The notes beneath the pieces are model-generated. The model searched no databases. It was not told the origin of the DNA and saw only the letters and a list, made by a program, of their open reading frames with translations. The position numbers and the translations under genes were made by a program. 64,000 bases of DNA from assembly GCA_014686905.1 (NCBI GenBank), contig GCA_014686905.1_4093.1. One strand, given 5' to 3'. Source of the stretch: a phage. This document shows positions 61,123-64,000 of this stretch, in pieces (positions within the stretch are counted from its first letter, which is position 1; each line of letters opens with the position of its first letter).

Positions 61123-62535
61123 ATGGCTAAAAGTAAAAAAACAGAAAATCAAAATATCGATAACCAAACAATAACTCTACTAGATTATAACAGTTCTGAT
61201 TATGTGAATACCACATCACTAGAATATTCAATGTATACACTAGACCGTGCTATTCCTGGAATTGATGGACTAAAGAGTTCACAACGAAAAGCAATTTTTA
61301 CACTATCTAAAATTAGTGGAGAAATTAAAACTGTATCATGTGCAGGTAAAATGATTAGTGATGGTATCTATCTTCATGGTGATACCTCGGCATCAGGAAC
61401 GCTTCAGAACCTAGCATCTCCTGTTGCAAACAACTATCCTCTTATTGGCAAGCGTGGTGGATTTGGTACACAAGTAAACAGTACTCCCGCATCTGCTCGT
61501 TATACTTATGTCAAAAAGAATAAAAGTACTGAAATGTTAGTTTTGCGTGATAGTGATATTATTCCAATGAAAGAAAACTATGATGGTACAACATATGAAC
61601 CAGTACACTTCTTGCCTATTATCCCATTGTCATTATTTGGTAATGACAGTATGTCTGTTGGGTATAAAAGTACAATTCTACCACATAAAATTGAAGATAT
61701 TATTGATAACTGTATTCGTGCTATTGATAAAAAACCACTAAAAGAAATGACCCCATATTATGTTTCATGTGGTGCAAGTGATGTTGTGACTAAGCTTGAT
61801 GAAAATAAGTATGAATTTTATGGTAAAGCTGAGGTTATTGATGCAAGCACAGTTAAAGTAACAGGATTACCACCTAATTACAGTATTGAGAAATTCATTG
61901 AAAAACTAATCAAAATGAGTGATGATGGTGAGATTCGTGATTATGACAATGATAGTACTGATGTAATTGATATCACCATTAAACTTCCTCGTGGTACATC
62001 AGCTAAATGGTCAGAAATGGATGTTATTGAGTATTTTGGTATTAACAAAAAAATGACTCAACATTTAACGGTTCTTGGAGAAAATGGTAAAGTAAAAGTT
62101 TACGATACAACAATGGATTTGATTAAAGACTTCGTTGATTTTCGTTTCAAGTATTACATCAAGCGTTATGAAAAGAAACTTGATGATTGTGCGGCTGAGG
62201 TTCGATACAAAATTCTAATTAAGGAATGCTTTGATAATGATATGATTGCTAAGGTGAAAGGGTTTGCAAACCGTGCAGAAATGGTGGAATTTGTTAAATC
62301 ATTAAATGCAGAAATTGAAGCAACTGACGAGAATATTCAAAGCATTGTAAACTTCCCATCATATCGCTGGACACAAGATAATTATCAATCAGTACTACAA
62401 GATATTAAAGATAATCTTGATTTGATGGATAAGTATAATGAACTATTATCTAATCATGACCTAATTTGGGACATTTATAAATCTGAACTTAAAGAACTAA
62501 GAAAGATTGATTTTACTCCTAAATCAGACAATTGA
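61123..62535 (+). CDS. 52: type II DNA topoisomerase medium subunit (gp52-like, GyrA-type breakage-reunion domain)
   Basis: YSMYTLDRAIPGIDGLKSSQRKAIF matches the GyrA/ParC N-terminal signature around the active-site region. Confidence 0.85.
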   Translation: MAKSKKTENQNIDNQTITLLDYNSSDYVNTTSLEYSMYTLDRAIPGIDGLKSSQRKAIFTLSKISGEIKTVSCAGKMISDGIYLHGDTSASGTLQNLASPVANNYPLIGKRGGFGTQVNSTPASARYTYVKKNKSTEMLVLRDSDIIPMKENYDGTTYEPVHFLPIIPLSLFGNDSMSVGYKSTILPHKIEDIIDNCIRAIDKKPLKEMTPYYVSCGASDVVTKLDENKYEFYGKAEVIDASTVKVTGLPPNYSIEKFIEKLIKMSDDGEIRDYDNDSTDVIDITIKLPRGTSAKWSEMDVIEYFGINKKMTQHLTVLGENGKVKVYDTTMDLIKDFVDFRFKYYIKRYEKKLDDCAAEVRYKILIKECFDNDMIAKVKGFANRAEMVEFVKSLNAEIEATDENIQSIVNFPSYRWTQDNYQSVLQDIKDNLDLMDKYNELLSNHDLIWDIYKSELKELRKIDFTPKSDN

Positions 62536-62546
62536 TATATTTTATG

Positions 62547-62576
62547 GAAGACCTTACTGGGTCTTCCTTGTCCTTT
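62547..62576 (+). terminator. rho-independent terminator
   Basis: GGAAGACC-TTACTG-GGTCTTCC followed by TTGTCCTTT. Confidence 0.7.
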
Positions 62577-62577
62577 A

Positions 62578-62585
62578 TATAAATA
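62578..62585 (+). promoter_or_regulatory. T4-late-type promoter TATAAATA
   Basis: Exact TATAAATA 39 nt upstream of the ATG at 62624. Confidence 0.55.
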
Positions 62586-62623
62586 ATCTATAGATAATGG
62601 CAGCTTGGCTATGGAGAATTATA

Positions 62624-64000
62624 ATGACAACTTTTACCCCACGTTGGGATATAAAAGCCGATGCTCGATATATACAAGAAGGACAAGACATTCTTGTGCG
62701 TTTGAGTATCAATAAAGAAAGCACAACGGATGATAGCTATGTATTAAACGAAGATGAATACTTAGAGATGATTCTTAATATACAATGCTTGGATAGTTCA
62801 GGTGCTGTATTTGATCCAGAACCACATTATACTTTTTATGTTGGTAATGACGAAAATAGTTTTATTCCTATTTCAGATGGAACAACTGGTAATAAACTAG
62901 TAAATGGTAAGCATAAGTGTAAGATTAGCAAAACAGAATTTAACTTATCATCAAGTACTAATACTGAAGATGTTTATTTTATAAAAATTCATTGTAAAAA
63001 TGACGGAACATATAATAATACTGAAAATATAAATTTTTATTTACAAGCAGTAAATGTTATGTATTTTGGGAATATTTCACCAAGTGGAGTTTTAGGATTA
63101 ACAGATACTTCAATAACATATGATAGTCAGGAAGTTTGGGTTACACCTGGAGTTGAGATTGGTGATGACAAAAAACTTTATTGTATTGGTGATGTTGAGT
63201 ATGGTTCAAACAGTACATTGTTTGTTCAAGGGTTTGGGAGAAGAAGACCTTTTATACTCGGTACTGACATGACTACCGATATTACCCCTCGTGTATTCTT
63301 TCCTGCATATCGTTTGATTGACATGGATATATCTGAAGTTCCAGATAAACATATTACTAATGATTATGCCGTATTTAAACCAGCACAACCAACATGGCCT
63401 ATTTCTGGCATAAACAAAGAAGTAAAAGTTAATATTCAAAATAGAAATGGTAATTTAATTGATTCAGGTATGGTTTTTAACCCTAATGGACAATTACTAC
63501 AAACATTTTTATATGATTCAGATGCGTGTGATGCATATTTCAAAGTTGAAATTGTTGATATATTAAGTACATACACAGAAGAAAGCGAAAGGTTTGCTAT
63601 CAATCAAAGATATAAGGCATATCAAATGTGGGTTTGTCCTGAAGATATTGACACTATATATTCTATAGCTGACAAACCACTACCGAATCATTTATATCAA
63701 TTAAAAGATAACGTTGTATATCCCTATGTGATTAGTGGTGAGTACGACAATGGGTCAATTAAACCAGTTTATGATAGTAGTGATTGGATTGATTTGGGAT
63801 ATTATGACTCTACTCTTGGTGATAATATCATTGGTATGCAGAAAATGTTCAGGGTTTTGATTAACGCTGAAGAAGGTAATAATATAAACTTTGTTACTGA
63901 TAGTGATTTGGGAACTATACATGTTGGTGAATATTTTGGAGACAGTACCTATCCTAGAATAGAAACTGATAGTTCAAATCAGGTTTCGTATGTTTTGGAT
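62624..64000 (+). CDS. late structural protein, 3'-truncated by the window edge (at least 459 aa)
   Basis: GGAGAA RBS; frame stays open to the last base of the window (not in the ORF track because it has no stop); late promoter upstream; N/S/T/G-rich. Confidence 0.55.
   Translation, partial: MTTFTPRWDIKADARYIQEGQDILVRLSINKESTTDDSYVLNEDEYLEMILNIQCLDSSGAVFDPEPHYTFYVGNDENSFIPISDGTTGNKLVNGKHKCKISKTEFNLSSSTNTEDVYFIKIHCKNDGTYNNTENINFYLQAVNVMYFGNISPSGVLGLTDTSITYDSQEVWVTPGVEIGDDKKLYCIGDVEYGSNSTLFVQGFGRRRPFILGTDMTTDITPRVFFPAYRLIDMDISEVPDKHITNDYAVFKPAQPTWPISGINKEVKVNIQNRNGNLIDSGMVFNPNGQLLQTFLYDSDACDAYFKVEIVDILSTYTEESERFAINQRYKAYQMWVCPEDIDTIYSIADKPLPNHLYQLKDNVVYPYVISGEYDNGSIKPVYDSSDWIDLGYYDSTLGDNIIGMQKMFRVLINAEEGNNINFVTDSDLGTIHVGEYFGDSTYPRIETDSSNQVSYVLD

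Overview
This window reads as a contiguous piece of a lytic, T4-related tailed-phage genome: AT-rich, densely packed, about 75 protein genes, almost all on the + strand, most with Shine-Dalgarno sites and several ATGA-type stop/start overlaps. All calls are by eye from the sequence and the supplied ORF track; no database search was run. Recognisable content: (i) a head-morphogenesis block in T4 order (portal gp20 - small gp67-like - acidic gp68-like - prohead protease gp21 - scaffold gp22 - major capsid protein gp23), preceded by a large low-complexity virion-type protein; (ii) a tail fibre plus tail-fibre assembly gene; (iii) a replication/recombination/nucleotide-metabolism set (family-B DNA polymerase, sliding clamp, FEN-type RNase H, large terminase, gp32 SSB, UvsX, UvsW, DEDD exonuclease, primase, DnaB-type helicase, NrdA/NrdB, DHFR, RNase HI, Dda helicase, topoisomerase II large and medium subunits); (iv) host-like accessory genes unusual for a phage: translation initiation factor IF-3 homolog, ClpS-like adaptor, GroES homolog, and a possible DnaE-like fragment; (v) a mobile-looking island (zinc-ribbon repeats plus two T5orf172/GIY-YIG-like genes) between the capsid and tail-fibre genes; (vi) two minus-strand islands, one a tandem paralog pair with late-type promoters, one a membrane-protein pair of which one copy is frameshifted. 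Two promoter classes recur: sigma70-like G(A/G)GACA-N16-(TGn)TATAAT before early/replication genes, and T4-late-like TATAAATA before structural genes, with about 17 hairpin terminators. The best candidate for an undescribed system is the IF3-like / ClpS-like / KTSC / HExxH / DUF3008-like cassette at 54.9-59.0 kb driven by a perfect consensus sigma70 promoter. No CRISPR array, rRNA, integrase or lysogeny module was seen; tRNAs could not be excluded by eye.
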